A DNA stretch of 64,000 nucleotides from a virus. The number at the start of each line of letters is the position of its first letter. The stretch's first letter is position 1. The translations under genes were made by a program, and so were the position numbers. Positions 17,235-27,865 of this stretch are shown here, piece by piece. The stretch spans positions 32,001 to 96,000 of IMG/VR virus record IMGVR_UViG_3300028045_000007; one strand, given 5' to 3'. Below the pieces are notes generated by a model. It searched no databases, was not told the origin of the DNA, and saw only the letters and a list, made by a program, of their open reading frames with translations.

Positions 17235-19255
17235 AGGCTTCGAACATTAGAAGGCTACGTGGTGCCCCCTGGAGTCACATATGGACAAAGGACGATATTA
17301 AGACAGTCTTCGATGAGTGTGGTCCATTTCATAGTATCTACCATGCGTCAACGTTCAATCTGTCATGGTTTGTCGAGAAGACATTCAATAACCAACAGGG
17401 GAAGCCGCTTAAACTAGAAGACTTCCAGCAGATTATGCTGGATATGCTATGGCACAAGAAGTTCCCATTGGTTCTAGCCACACGTGGTGCCGGCAAGACC
17501 TTCATATTAGCATTGTATGCATTACTCAAGGCACTCCTGGTGCCCGGCTCGAAGATCGTGATCGTGGGGGCGGGCTTTCGTCAGGCAAAGCTTGTCTTCA
17601 AATATATTGAACAACTGTATGAGTCTAGCCCATTAATCAAGGAGGCCGTCTCCCATTGGGGCGGCCCTAAGTATGGATCTGATGCGGCAACACTTCGTGT
17701 TGGCTTATCGCACATTCAGGCTATCCCGATTGGTGATGGCGAGAAGATTCGTGGTTTGCGTGCTACGGTTCTGATCGCTGATGAGTTTTCATCTATTCCT
17801 GAAGACATCTTTGATATTGTTATTGAGCCGTTCACCGCCGTTCATATGAACCCGGCAGAACGTGCGGCACAAAAGAGATTCACGAGACGATTAGAAAAGC
17901 TTGGTGCGGACGACGGTCTCATTAAGGCCATTGAGAGTACTCAGGGGTTTGGTAACCAAATTGTACTCTCTGGCACCCCAAGCTATAAGCACAATCATTT
18001 TTACAAGAGATGGGCCGTCTATATGGCCTTTATCAAGTCGCGTGGCGACCCTAAGAAATTGAAGCGTGCCCTTGAAGAGCGGCAGCTACAGTCAACGGGT
18101 CGCTGGCAAGAGGTGGACGAGGATGATGTTGCCCATGCCGAAACATCTTGGCACCATTATGCTGTTTTCCAGTTACCCTATACGGCTTTGCCTGAGGGGT
18201 TTATGGAAGAGGACATTATCCGTAAAGCGAAGGCAACATATCCCGCCCACCGTTTTGCTATGGAGTACATGTCACAGTTTCCGGATGATACCGATGGTTT
18301 CATTCGACGATCCTGGATTGACAGAGCTACTCCGCGAGGACCAGACGATATTCCAGTTACAATAGAACTATATGGTGATCCGCGTGCAACATATGTGATG
18401 GGGGTTGACCCCGCTCGATTTAATGACAACCTGGGCGTAGTCGTTTTCAAGATCACTGACCGTGGCAAGGAATTCGTTTATTGTCAAGCCTGGGACAGCA
18501 CTCAGTTTGGCGTATCAGCACAGAAGATCCGAGAGATTGTGAAACGATTCAATGTCTCCTATATCGTAATGGATAAAGGGGGTGGCGGCGAGGCTATTCG
18601 AGAATGGCTATGTAAGAAGACCGATGGTGTTGATCCGGCAGATTTCATTTGGGTCATTCCTGACCAGATGGAGAAGTTTACCGGCAACAAGATGGGTATG
18701 TCGGCTCCAGGTCAGAAGATCTTGGAGATGGTGGACTTCACGCCATCATGGATTTCTCAGGCTGCCCATGCGGTTTCTGCCAACATCGAACAGGCCAATG
18801 TTTTGTTTGCAGACCGTGGCTATGCTGAAGCGGTGTACGACCAATACTTGCGTCACTTTTCCAAGCAAACAATCAACGAAAGCGAAAAGGTGTTCCTACA
18901 GCGTGACTTATGGGGTATGGACGAGTGGGAAGCCGAACAGGTGGGACCTGGGATTAAACCTACTTTTGGAGTACAGCAAAACATAGATGAGTGCATTAAT
19001 GAAACGTGTGCTATTATGCGTATGGTTAGTCCCAAAGGTACCGAAAGTTTTGAACTGCCGAAATTGGCCGAACAGCCCGAAGGGTTAGATATGCGTCGTC
19101 GAGACCGTTGGTCTGCTCTGATGCTCGCTAACTATGCCGCTAAAGTATACATGGGTACTGGCCACAAGACTAGTAATTCACCCGGCCTCGCCACTGGTAC
19201 AGGCCGCAACTATACAAACCGTGGAGTCCGTCGTAGAGGGTCCGTCTCTTATTAG
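17231..19255 (+). CDS. terL: terminase large subunit
   Basis: Walker A RGAGKT, Walker B LIADE, motif III SGT, RNase H-like GVDPA and terminal DRWSA. Confidence 0.92.
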   Translation: MKASNIRRLRGAPWSHIWTKDDIKTVFDECGPFHSIYHASTFNLSWFVEKTFNNQQGKPLKLEDFQQIMLDMLWHKKFPLVLATRGAGKTFILALYALLKALLVPGSKIVIVGAGFRQAKLVFKYIEQLYESSPLIKEAVSHWGGPKYGSDAATLRVGLSHIQAIPIGDGEKIRGLRATVLIADEFSSIPEDIFDIVIEPFTAVHMNPAERAAQKRFTRRLEKLGADDGLIKAIESTQGFGNQIVLSGTPSYKHNHFYKRWAVYMAFIKSRGDPKKLKRALEERQLQSTGRWQEVDEDDVAHAETSWHHYAVFQLPYTALPEGFMEEDIIRKAKATYPAHRFAMEYMSQFPDDTDGFIRRSWIDRATPRGPDDIPVTIELYGDPRATYVMGVDPARFNDNLGVVVFKITDRGKEFVYCQAWDSTQFGVSAQKIREIVKRFNVSYIVMDKGGGGEAIREWLCKKTDGVDPADFIWVIPDQMEKFTGNKMGMSAPGQKILEMVDFTPSWISQAAHAVSANIEQANVLFADRGYAEAVYDQYLRHFSKQTINESEKVFLQRDLWGMDEWEAEQVGPGIKPTFGVQQNIDECINETCAIMRMVSPKGTESFELPKLAEQPEGLDMRRRDRWSALMLANYAAKVYMGTGHKTSNSPGLATGTGRNYTNRGVRRRGSVSY

Positions 19256-19262
19256 TGTACTA
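19252..19262 (+). promoter_or_regulatory. putative late promoter (TTAGTGTA)
   Basis: TTAGTGTACTA upstream of the portal gene; the motif recurs at operon starts. Confidence 0.65.
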
Positions 19263-19310
19263 GAGACATGAGCAATTATATCGCAATCTAATTACCCTGG
19301 AGCCCCTTCC

Positions 19311-21734
19311 ATGACTAAGAAACGCACTAATGCCGTCGAGAAAGCTCGCGAAGCCGTAATGTCACGTGCCGCTTCCCCTAACACTATGCTGTCGGCAACG
19401 AGCCGTACCAACGGCATGGATCGCACTAAGGGTTATTTTTACGGTAACATGGGTGACAGCGTTGAGCGTCGTGCCGATGGTGACGGGATGCTTGGTGGGG
19501 GCTCAGACATGTTTGGAGGCGGAGGTTCATCCTGGCAGGCTCAGGGTCCTGGCAACTACTTTGGATCTGGCCTCATTAGTGGCTTTGGTCGTATGCATGG
19601 CGGCGGCTATGGAAATGCTGGAGGATTTACATATCTCCGTCGTTTTTCGTCAAACGCATCCTTTAACCACGATATCATCTCGCGATGCATGATGGCGTAT
19701 CTGGGTTACGGAGTAGTGCGTAATATCATCGATCTTTATGCCGACTTCGCTACCGAAGGTATTGAGATTGATCACCCAGACGAGAGTGTTCGTAACTTCT
19801 ACAGGGCGTGGGCGACCAAGGTTGACTTACGTGACCGCATCCATAATTTCTTTTTGAATCTATTCGTTTCAGGGAACGTATTTGTACATCGTCGCTGGGC
19901 TGAACTGACCCCTCAAGAAAAGCGTGCGATGAGACGTTCTAAGGCGACAGAAAAGCTTGGTGATTCTCTGATCGTACGGGGTGCATCGAAAGACACTACG
20001 GTAGAGGGGCGTGAACACGGATTTATTGATTGGTACCTGAGTCAAAAAGGTGAGATCAATCTCGGTGACGACTCTAAGAATGGCGATAAGACAACTGCCG
20101 CACCGAAGACTCCGCAAGAAGAGAACATGCCAGAGAATCTAGAAAAGCGTATTCCTTGGGGATACACTTTTCTGAATCCACTTCAAATGGAAATGAGAGG
20201 TCGCAAGTTGCGTGGCGACCACTATTGGATCATGGCAATCGACAAACGCGACACGTTAGATTTGGCTCGCGGTTTAGGAATGCGAAGTACGCAAGAACTG
20301 GGTACGACCGAAGTTAACTTGCCGCGTGAGTTCCTGAGTCGCATCAAGGCTTATAGCGGCCCCGGAGCCGGTTACTCCGCAGAGGTCAAGCTAAACAATG
20401 AAGAGCTGTCTGTCGTGCAGGCACCGGGCAAATGGGACTGGTTTGATTGGGCGGTGCCGTTCTGCTTCCCGGCACTACGGGCATTGACATTCAAGGACTG
20501 TCTACGCAACATGGAAATGAAGGCTTGCCAGTCTGTCATTAACTCCATATTCCTTTTCAAGCTGGGTAACATTAAGGAAGGCTTACCCGCTGAGGACGAA
20601 CACTTCGAGCGTTTGGCAGACATGCTTCAAATGCCTGGACAGGCTTTGAATATCCTATGGAACGAGGCCATTGAGGCCGAAGTCATCCAGGCTGATGTCA
20701 AGGGTATTTTCGACATTGGCAAGCATGACTCTGCCGACAAGGATATCTTGACTGCACTTGGCATCCCCGAGGTATTGATTGGTGGCAAGGGCGGCAATTT
20801 CTCCAACTCATTTATAGCCGTATCAACAGTCCTAGAGCGTCTTGAGTCGTACCGTAATAAGGTACATACTTGGCTCATGAGCGAGATGAAAGTGATCGCT
20901 GACGCGATGGGCTTTCAGAAGCTTCCTACGATCAAGTTTGGTCGTACCAGTCTCAAGGATGAAAAATCACATCAGGCGTTCCTGACTGGTCTATATGATC
21001 GTGGAATCCTGTCTGGCGATACATTGCTCAGAGAGGCCGATACTGATGCCGAGATTGAAGCTTCCAAGATGAAGGAAGAGAAGAAGAAGTACAAAGAGAA
21101 GGATATCTTCGAGCCTAAAGGGCCTTTTGTTAAAGATCCCAAGCCAGCTCCCGGCACTCCTGGTGCGAAGCCGCCTGGAGGTGCTGCACCAAAGGCTAAA
21201 CCCAAGACTCCAAATGGCCGTCCACAAAATAGTGGTACTGGCCCCACTGGCGAACAGAGTAATCCGCGTGGTCCAAAAGGACAGAACGTTGCCGTCATCC
21301 TGGAGGCACAAGAACTTATTGGTCGTCGCGGACGTGCCATGCTTGAGCGTGTCGAGTCCTTCATTAGTGAACGTGTCATACGTGCTAAGGCCAGAGAGAA
21401 TCCTAACCTTAAGCACGTGAAAAATCTACGTGCCGAAGAACGCGACCGCCTTGAGTGGTTGATCTACAATGTTTTCAGTCACATGCCACTACCAGAAGAA
21501 CAGGACAAGCCGATTGAAGATGAATTCATCATCAATATGCTTCGCTCCGATGCTTGTGAGCGAATCAAGGTAGAGGTATTTAATATGTATACCGACAAGG
21601 TAGCCGAGTACAGTAAAACATACGGTAAGACGCCAACACGTGAGATGCGTCGTCAATTTATGGTATCTGCTTGGACCCAAACGGCCATCATGGAACATAT
21701 TGAACAAAAACCTGAGCCACTTTTAGGGTATTAG
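19311..21734 (+). CDS. portal protein
   Basis: Follows terL; VRNIIDLYADFA, LFVSGNVF, ILTALGIPEVLIGG; Gly-rich N-terminal and Pro/Lys-rich C-terminal extensions. Confidence 0.8.
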   Translation: MTKKRTNAVEKAREAVMSRAASPNTMLSATSRTNGMDRTKGYFYGNMGDSVERRADGDGMLGGGSDMFGGGGSSWQAQGPGNYFGSGLISGFGRMHGGGYGNAGGFTYLRRFSSNASFNHDIISRCMMAYLGYGVVRNIIDLYADFATEGIEIDHPDESVRNFYRAWATKVDLRDRIHNFFLNLFVSGNVFVHRRWAELTPQEKRAMRRSKATEKLGDSLIVRGASKDTTVEGREHGFIDWYLSQKGEINLGDDSKNGDKTTAAPKTPQEENMPENLEKRIPWGYTFLNPLQMEMRGRKLRGDHYWIMAIDKRDTLDLARGLGMRSTQELGTTEVNLPREFLSRIKAYSGPGAGYSAEVKLNNEELSVVQAPGKWDWFDWAVPFCFPALRALTFKDCLRNMEMKACQSVINSIFLFKLGNIKEGLPAEDEHFERLADMLQMPGQALNILWNEAIEAEVIQADVKGIFDIGKHDSADKDILTALGIPEVLIGGKGGNFSNSFIAVSTVLERLESYRNKVHTWLMSEMKVIADAMGFQKLPTIKFGRTSLKDEKSHQAFLTGLYDRGILSGDTLLREADTDAEIEASKMKEEKKKYKEKDIFEPKGPFVKDPKPAPGTPGAKPPGGAAPKAKPKTPNGRPQNSGTGPTGEQSNPRGPKGQNVAVILEAQELIGRRGRAMLERVESFISERVIRAKARENPNLKHVKNLRAEERDRLEWLIYNVFSHMPLPEEQDKPIEDEFIINMLRSDACERIKVEVFNMYTDKVAEYSKTYGKTPTREMRRQFMVSAWTQTAIMEHIEQKPEPLLGY

Positions 21735-21752
21735 TCATATGAGGGATCTCGT

Positions 21753-22670
21753 ATGGACAAGACTGTAGCCATTATCCGTAAAGTCGGAGACAAATATTGT
21801 GTTTTCTCCGAAAGCGGCAAGAACTTAGGGTGTTCTACAACTCGTCAGGGTGCAGAAAAGCGATTACAGCAGGTTGAACACTTCAAGAATAAAGGGTCAT
21901 CAAACATGAATTACGACAACGCATTTGATAATTTTACCAAGGCACTTCACGACATTGATCCGACTGAGGTTGGCAAAGCTCCTGAAGCGTCTCCTCGTGA
22001 GATTGATGTAGAGTCTGAGACTCTGACGGTATCTGATACTTTGCAGGTTGGCAGCATTGCTAGTCGCCAGTCAGATCGACTGTTAGATACTAAGGACCAT
22101 TTCCCAGTCTTCTCTCAGGTACAAGCTCAGTCTAGTATGGCTCGCGTGATGCAACTCAACGAGTCGCCCTCTTGGTATAATGGCTCCATTGCCGAGCTTC
22201 GCCAAGAAGTCTACAACGGCATCATGAATTTGCACCCAGAGATTGAGTTGAATATTAGGGTGCCAGTTGAGCAGACTACCGCTCTATCCGATGGCGAAGA
22301 GGCTTCCAAGACCACTCAGCAGTCCATTGAAGATCCGATGAACACCTTGAAAAAGGATAATGTTCCTCAGGTGGGCCGCCCGACCCTGACGAGTGCCCAG
22401 GTAGTTCAGGCTCTTGAGGACGAAGAGACTCGCAAGGCCATTAGTGGTCGTTTAATGGAAATGGTCGATAAGCAGATCGACCACTTGAAAACAGCTAAGA
22501 AGGTAGCGACCCGTCTCCTAAAGAGCGGCCTGAAGGCTGAAGAATTTGATCAGATGAGCACGTACGTTCAAGAGGATATCTTGCGTGAATTAGTTTCGCG
22601 TGGTGTGAATGCTACCGCTACTGATCGTCGCCGTGAGTTGCTTGACCGTTTAAGTCGTAAGGAGGACTGA
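21753..22670 (+). CDS. head morphogenesis-associated protein
   Basis: N-terminal IRKVGDKYCVFSESGKNLGC..TRQGAEKRLQQVEHFK mini-domain, which I recall from phage head regions. Confidence 0.6.
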   Translation: MDKTVAIIRKVGDKYCVFSESGKNLGCSTTRQGAEKRLQQVEHFKNKGSSNMNYDNAFDNFTKALHDIDPTEVGKAPEASPREIDVESETLTVSDTLQVGSIASRQSDRLLDTKDHFPVFSQVQAQSSMARVMQLNESPSWYNGSIAELRQEVYNGIMNLHPEIELNIRVPVEQTTALSDGEEASKTTQQSIEDPMNTLKKDNVPQVGRPTLTSAQVVQALEDEETRKAISGRLMEMVDKQIDHLKTAKKVATRLLKSGLKAEEFDQMSTYVQEDILRELVSRGVNATATDRRRELLDRLSRKED

Positions 22671-22672
22671 TC

Positions 22673-22981
22673 ATGCCTACTGATCTGAACGCAGGATATA
22701 CAAATAACGTAAACGTCATTCAGTCTCGCGTGGACGGTGCCCATTCGGTTCGTTATACGGATCGTCCCATTGACTATAATGGAGACGGGGCAAAGTCAAA
22801 AGTGACCATTACGTTTGTTAGTGGTGATGCCACGGGCACTCCCGCTGCTCCGGGTGGCAAAATGAGACAGACCGTTACGAAGCCCACTGGTATCGCTCGC
22901 AGTATCGTGGACGAAGTTACCGAAACTGACGGCGGTGTTCATAGCGATAGCGATGTAGACCAATTCACAGAGGGGAGTTGA
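22673..22981 (+). CDS. small putative virion protein
   Basis: AAGGAGG RBS, position in the head module. Confidence 0.65.
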   Translation: MPTDLNAGYTNNVNVIQSRVDGAHSVRYTDRPIDYNGDGAKSKVTITFVSGDATGTPAAPGGKMRQTVTKPTGIARSIVDEVTETDGGVHSDSDVDQFTEGS

Positions 22982-22983
22982 TC

Positions 22984-23148
22984 ATGGCAGATATTAAATC
23001 TAACGATAAGATGTTTGGACGAGGCGATTGGGATCGTAATCGTGGCATGCAGCACGATACTTTCAGTGAAGCTTTGGAGCGTGCTCATGCTGAGCAAGAA
23101 CCAAAAGAAAAGCCCAAAATCGTCCCCTTGAAGATTTTCGAGCAGTAG
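22984..23148 (+). CDS. small hypothetical protein (54 aa, not in the ORF track)
   Basis: GGGGAG RBS; MADIKSNDKMFGRGDW...KIFEQ*. Confidence 0.55.
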   Translation: MADIKSNDKMFGRGDWDRNRGMQHDTFSEALERAHAEQEPKEKPKIVPLKIFEQ

Positions 23149-23177
23149 TTTCGCCGTTTAGTTTATTGTCAATTGAC

Positions 23178-25034
23178 ATGAAATATCGCACTACATTCAC
23201 TACAAAGGCCGAGGTTGTTCATCCTCAGTCCAAAGAGTTTAAGGCAATTGCCAGTACTCTTCAGGAGAGTTACGGGTTTGATCTTAAGCCGCAGATGGAT
23301 CTCCTCTACGCTCGTTCGTGTCTGGTTTCTGCCGGCACCTCTGTTGGTGTAAATGATAACGACGATATCTTTACACGCGAGGAAGCCTGGGCAGCCCGTC
23401 ACACGCCTGTCCTCAAGCCATTCAATTGGCAACACCAAGACAAAGATATTCTTGGTGTAATGTATACAGTTCAAGCCTGCGATCTAGACGGCAACGTCCT
23501 TGACATTTCGGACGACACGCCTCCTGATTGTGACTTTGACTTATGGGTAGAAGCCGCCATTTTCCGCTTGATTCATGAAAGTCGTGCCGCCGAGATCGAA
23601 GCTCGTTCGAAAGCAGGCACGCTTTTCGTATCTATGGAAGCTTGGTTTGATGATTACAGTTATGGTTTATGTGACCCCGATACTGGTGATCTAGGCAAAA
23701 TTGTAGCCCGTCAACAAAATACCACGTTCCTGGATCGGCACTTACGTGCCGGTGGTGGCACGGGGGTATATCGTGATCCTGAGTCAGATCAGGACATGCG
23801 GATCGGTCGCGTCCTAAGGGCAATTACCTTTGGAGGTTGCGGCTTCGTGGACCGTCCCGCAAATAAGCGTTCCAAGATTGATACTGTTGAGTCTATGAAC
23901 TCTTCAGCGGAACGAGACACCGAATCGCAAATTGAAATCTTACTCCAAAAAGTGGAAGTGCTTGAGGCACAACATACACAACAACAAGCGGAGGAATTGG
24001 TAATGAACCATACTCAAGGTAACCAGGGGTCTGACCCCGAAGTCATTGGAGCGGCTATTGGTGCTGAACTCGACAAGCGAGACAAAGCAGAAGCCGTAGA
24101 ACGTGAGCGTACCGACTTGGTAGCTCGTGCAGAAGCAGCGGAAACCGCAAAAGACGAACTTCAGGCAAAGGTTGACGAACTTAGTCAAGCTCAGGACGCC
24201 AAGGACGTTGAGGTTGAGGCTCTTCAGAACCAACTTAAGGAATACGACGATGCGGTTGAGGGGCTCGTGCAAGAGCAGTCTACTGCTAGTGCTCCTGCTG
24301 AAATCGCTGCTATCGATGGTGTCACTGATGGTGACTCCGCTTGGAATGCCAAGATTGCTTGGATTCAGAAGTCGATGGCGTCTTTGCGTGATCGTGCGGC
24401 TCGTGCCGATGAGCTTGAAGCAGAGCTTGCCAAGGCCGAGGCTGTTGTACGTGAACAAGAAGTACGTAGCCTGTTTGGCGATCTGATGTCGGATGAGGCC
24501 GTTGAGACATTCGTGTCGCACGCCTCTTCTCTCGACGAAGACGAATATTCTCGCTGGCGTGACGAGAAGGAGCTAATGCTTCTTGAGCTATCGCAAGCGA
24601 AAAAGGAACTGCCCGAAGCTTTTAAGAAGAAGGGCAAAGATGACGACGACAAGGACGACAAGAAGGATAAGGGCAAAGCCAATATCTTTGAAGGTCTCCT
24701 AAGAGATCGTCGTGCGGAGGCGTACCCAGAGACGCCGACCGACATGGGCGACATGATCAACCCCCCTGGCGGCGAAGGCGTCGAGAGTGGTGTGAGTGCC
24801 GACCAATTAAGAACACCTCGTAACAAGATTGCTGGTAGCACTGCCGGGAACGATCCTGTCGAAGAGCTTGAGAACGCTCAAGCCGAAGACGGCATCCAGC
24901 TTGCCGGTGCCCAAGCGAGTGACGATGGTGAGGGTGAGAACCCGTTCCGCACCCTTGCGGGACTGGTGACTAACACCCATGAGGAAGAAGATGATGAAGT
25001 TCAGGATCGTCCTGGCTTTGACCCAGTTCAGTAA
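23178..25034 (+). CDS. prohead protease fused to a scaffold
   Basis: Catalytic-like NWQH and VSME, FGGCGFVDRPAN; long acidic coiled-coil C-terminus; two genes upstream of the capsid gene. Confidence 0.78.
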   Translation: MKYRTTFTTKAEVVHPQSKEFKAIASTLQESYGFDLKPQMDLLYARSCLVSAGTSVGVNDNDDIFTREEAWAARHTPVLKPFNWQHQDKDILGVMYTVQACDLDGNVLDISDDTPPDCDFDLWVEAAIFRLIHESRAAEIEARSKAGTLFVSMEAWFDDYSYGLCDPDTGDLGKIVARQQNTTFLDRHLRAGGGTGVYRDPESDQDMRIGRVLRAITFGGCGFVDRPANKRSKIDTVESMNSSAERDTESQIEILLQKVEVLEAQHTQQQAEELVMNHTQGNQGSDPEVIGAAIGAELDKRDKAEAVERERTDLVARAEAAETAKDELQAKVDELSQAQDAKDVEVEALQNQLKEYDDAVEGLVQEQSTASAPAEIAAIDGVTDGDSAWNAKIAWIQKSMASLRDRAARADELEAELAKAEAVVREQEVRSLFGDLMSDEAVETFVSHASSLDEDEYSRWRDEKELMLLELSQAKKELPEAFKKKGKDDDDKDDKKDKGKANIFEGLLRDRRAEAYPETPTDMGDMINPPGGEGVESGVSADQLRTPRNKIAGSTAGNDPVEELENAQAEDGIQLAGAQASDDGEGENPFRTLAGLVTNTHEEEDDEVQDRPGFDPVQ

Positions 25035-25049
25035 AAGGAGGCTATAATT

Positions 25050-25517
25050 ATGGCTCTAAAAGGAACCCGACAAACCTGGCAGACGAACATCGATCTGACA
25101 GTATCCGGTGTCGCTGAGCGTGGTGGTATTCTTTCGTTCGTTCCCGGCGTAGTAGGTCTTGCAGAGTACGGCAACGCTGCCGCAGTCTCAGGAGCACTTT
25201 CGAAGCCTGCTGGCTTACTTTTAGATGATGTAGAAGCGATGAACTTCTATAATCACGGAGAGTATCGTCAGCGTAACGTAGTCCCGCAAGGTAGTGTCAT
25301 TGGCATTGCTACAGAAGGTGAATTCTGGACGGACTTCGTTGAAACGGCTACTGCGGATGGGTTCAGCGTAGGTACTTACGCTCCCGGTGACACTTTGTAT
25401 CTTGGTGACGATGGAGAGGTAAGTCGTCAGCAAATTCACGCCCTTCGTGTCCAAGTTGGTGTGTGCCTCAGTGCAGCCACCGCTGACGGTTTCATCAAGA
25501 TCCGTCTTGAACTATAA
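25050..25517 (+). CDS. capsid decoration/cement protein
   Basis: Between scaffold and major capsid genes; PGDTLYLGDDG...VGVCL pattern. Confidence 0.7.
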   Translation: MALKGTRQTWQTNIDLTVSGVAERGGILSFVPGVVGLAEYGNAAAVSGALSKPAGLLLDDVEAMNFYNHGEYRQRNVVPQGSVIGIATEGEFWTDFVETATADGFSVGTYAPGDTLYLGDDGEVSRQQIHALRVQVGVCLSAATADGFIKIRLEL

Positions 25518-25529
25518 GGAGGACTGAAT

Positions 25530-26570
25530 ATGAATTACGTACAACGTTATCCACAAAAAGCCATTGAGGCTCTACGTGCAACGGCGAGTCCGGACAGTGA
25601 TGTTCGTTGCCGTGCTCAAAAGACCCTTGCGGCTGAATTGAATGGCCCTCTTCGTCAGGGCGTATTCGATCGTGACAACCTGGGTGGGATTTACGAGAAG
25701 CAAGTTCTCGCCCCCGGTGCCCAGGCTAACTACCCGCTTGACTTCGTAAGGCCCGGTGAAGAAGATGATTACATGGCCTTCACCCTGCCGAAGCAAGGGC
25801 GTGTACCCGAGCGTCACGTTGAAGGCGACGAGCTATGGGTTCCGACGTTCAACGTTGGAAACGCCATTGACTGGTCGTTGAAGTACGCGAAAGAAGCACG
25901 TTTCGACGTGATCATGCGTGCTATTCGTGTTTACGAAGCTGGTTTTGTTCGCAAGATCAACAGTGACGGCTGGCGTACCATCCTTGGTGCTGCTGATGGT
26001 CGTGGCACTGTTGTGACAGCTAATGGTGCCGCTCCGTTTACTGGCTCGACGCTTGTTCCGACTGCGGCTGCTGGACAGTTCACCAAAGAACTGATCAGTC
26101 GCATGAAGACAGCGATGACTCGTGGTGCTGGTGGCAATGGTAACTCCGGTCGTCTGACCGACGTTTACCTGTCGCTTGAGGCCATGGAAGACATCCGTGC
26201 CTGGGACGTGGACGAGATTGACGAGTTTACTCGTCGCGAGATCTTTGTCAGTAAGGAATACGGCCTTGCCCAGATCTACGGGATCGTTCTTCACGAGATG
26301 ACTGAGTTTGGCGAAGGCCAAGAGTACGAAGAGTTCCTCGAAGTAACTCTTGCTCGTGCCCACTCGACTGCCGGGTCCGTAACCGCCAGAGAGTACTGCA
26401 TCGGTCTTGACCTGTCCACGATGGACAGCTTCGTGATGCCGATTCGCGAAGAACTGCAAACTTACGAAGACCCCGCTCTCTACCGTGAGCAGCGTGCCGG
26501 TATCTTCGGATGGATGGAGCACGGCTTCGCCGTTCTTGATCCGCGTCGTGTTCTCATCGGAGAATTCTAA
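25530..26570 (+). CDS. major capsid protein (HK97 fold inferred)
   Basis: 346 aa, strong RBS, biased codons, C-terminal GWMEHGFAVLDPRRV, followed by a terminator. Confidence 0.85.
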   Translation: MNYVQRYPQKAIEALRATASPDSDVRCRAQKTLAAELNGPLRQGVFDRDNLGGIYEKQVLAPGAQANYPLDFVRPGEEDDYMAFTLPKQGRVPERHVEGDELWVPTFNVGNAIDWSLKYAKEARFDVIMRAIRVYEAGFVRKINSDGWRTILGAADGRGTVVTANGAAPFTGSTLVPTAAAGQFTKELISRMKTAMTRGAGGNGNSGRLTDVYLSLEAMEDIRAWDVDEIDEFTRREIFVSKEYGLAQIYGIVLHEMTEFGEGQEYEEFLEVTLARAHSTAGSVTAREYCIGLDLSTMDSFVMPIREELQTYEDPALYREQRAGIFGWMEHGFAVLDPRRVLIGEF

Positions 26571-26588
26571 GCCGACGTTTAACTGTAA

Positions 26589-26637
26589 TAAGGGGGCAGC
26601 GAGTTTTTGGCTCGCTGCCCCCTTAGTGTATTTATAT
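26589..26637 (+). terminator. 15-bp hairpin terminator overlapping a late promoter motif
   Basis: TAAGGGGGCAGCGAG / CTCGCTGCCCCCTTA, with TTAGTGTATTTATAT at 26623. Confidence 0.8.
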
Positions 26638-26651
26638 TTAGGGGTGTAGAC

Positions 26652-27521
26652 ATGAGTGAAACAAAAGTACTAACTGTTGGTCAAGCGGCATCTGCCCTGG
26701 ATATCTATCTGTCCGCCAGTAGCGTTGCCGTTAGTGGTAAATACGTTGGATTCGAGCTTTTTGACGCAGCGGGTGTATCTGCCGCGAGCGGAGTAGCTCT
26801 TAATCCAGCTCTTGGTAGCTACACTGGCGACGGCACGATTCCCGCTGGCTATCAATTGGGCGATTGGCGTGTTGACTGGACCATTATTACGGTAGCGGAC
26901 AGTTTGGCCACGGCAACAGAACCATTTACAGTACAGGACGTACTGATTTCTATAGGTTTTGTGCCGTCCACCGACGTTACCAGTCAAATTTACGAAGCCG
27001 TTCGATTAGACATTGGTGACCCCGATGGAACTACATTTGACGACGACTTCTTAAAACGTATTCTACAGAAGGCCGTGCGTAGACTTAATCATCGCCTTGG
27101 CTTGTCAGTAGTGTCTAGACCACAGGGCATTCCTGGCGGATTTGGCGGTCCACGCATTCAGGTAACGCCTATTGCGGCAGACGTTGAGGCTGGCACAGTA
27201 ACGCCCAGCAATGATGAGATACACGACCTTGTTATTATGCAAATGGAGCTGATCATCCTTGAAAGCGAAGTAAGTGCTCTCAAAAGAATGGCAGCCTCCA
27301 ACAACATTGGACCATACAGTGCTTCGGTTTCCGCTGCCGCGAATGATGGAGTATCGGTGACTAATGCCGATGGCGTGTCTATCTCAATCTCCCCATCACG
27401 TCTCAAGATACGTGCTGAGCTTCATAAGTTTGATGTTAAGCAACGCCGCGAGGAGCTAGAGGCTGCCGTGCGTGCTTTCTTAAGTCGTATGACTGGAAAC
27501 TTTGGAAAACTCATATACTGA
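26652..27521 (+). CDS. putative head-tail connector with an N-terminal Ig-like domain
   Basis: Position after the capsid gene; VRLDIGD..FDDDFL adaptor-like motif. Confidence 0.6.
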   Translation: MSETKVLTVGQAASALDIYLSASSVAVSGKYVGFELFDAAGVSAASGVALNPALGSYTGDGTIPAGYQLGDWRVDWTIITVADSLATATEPFTVQDVLISIGFVPSTDVTSQIYEAVRLDIGDPDGTTFDDDFLKRILQKAVRRLNHRLGLSVVSRPQGIPGGFGGPRIQVTPIAADVEAGTVTPSNDEIHDLVIMQMELIILESEVSALKRMAASNNIGPYSASVSAAANDGVSVTNADGVSISISPSRLKIRAELHKFDVKQRREELEAAVRAFLSRMTGNFGKLIY

Positions 27522-27865
27522 TGCTGGTGCATGCCAAAATCCCCCGTGGCGTCCTACATCTGGAAGGATTCAGAATTTATGGCCGCGAAACAAAGCAGCC
27601 ACCCCGTGACATACCCTTTACACTCTACGCTCATTTCAAGGACAGTTTGACAGACGGCACATACCGCGAAGGTTACCTACAACAGCTATTCGGCCACGTT
27701 TTTCCGGAGATAGCTTTTACATATCGAGAACTTCGTTGGTTGCCAGATGATACATTAGATGCCATAGGCCCACTAATGGTTCAGGATTACGACATTAAGT
27801 GGTCACACAAAAAGAAAGTAGACCAGATCAAGATAGCCCTTCGAGCTAAATCGCCATGTCAATAA
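27521..27865 (+). CDS. hypothetical protein
   Basis: 114-aa coupled ORF. Confidence 0.6.
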   Translation: MLVHAKIPRGVLHLEGFRIYGRETKQPPRDIPFTLYAHFKDSLTDGTYREGYLQQLFGHVFPEIAFTYRELRWLPDDTLDAIGPLMVQDYDIKWSHKKKVDQIKIALRAKSPCQ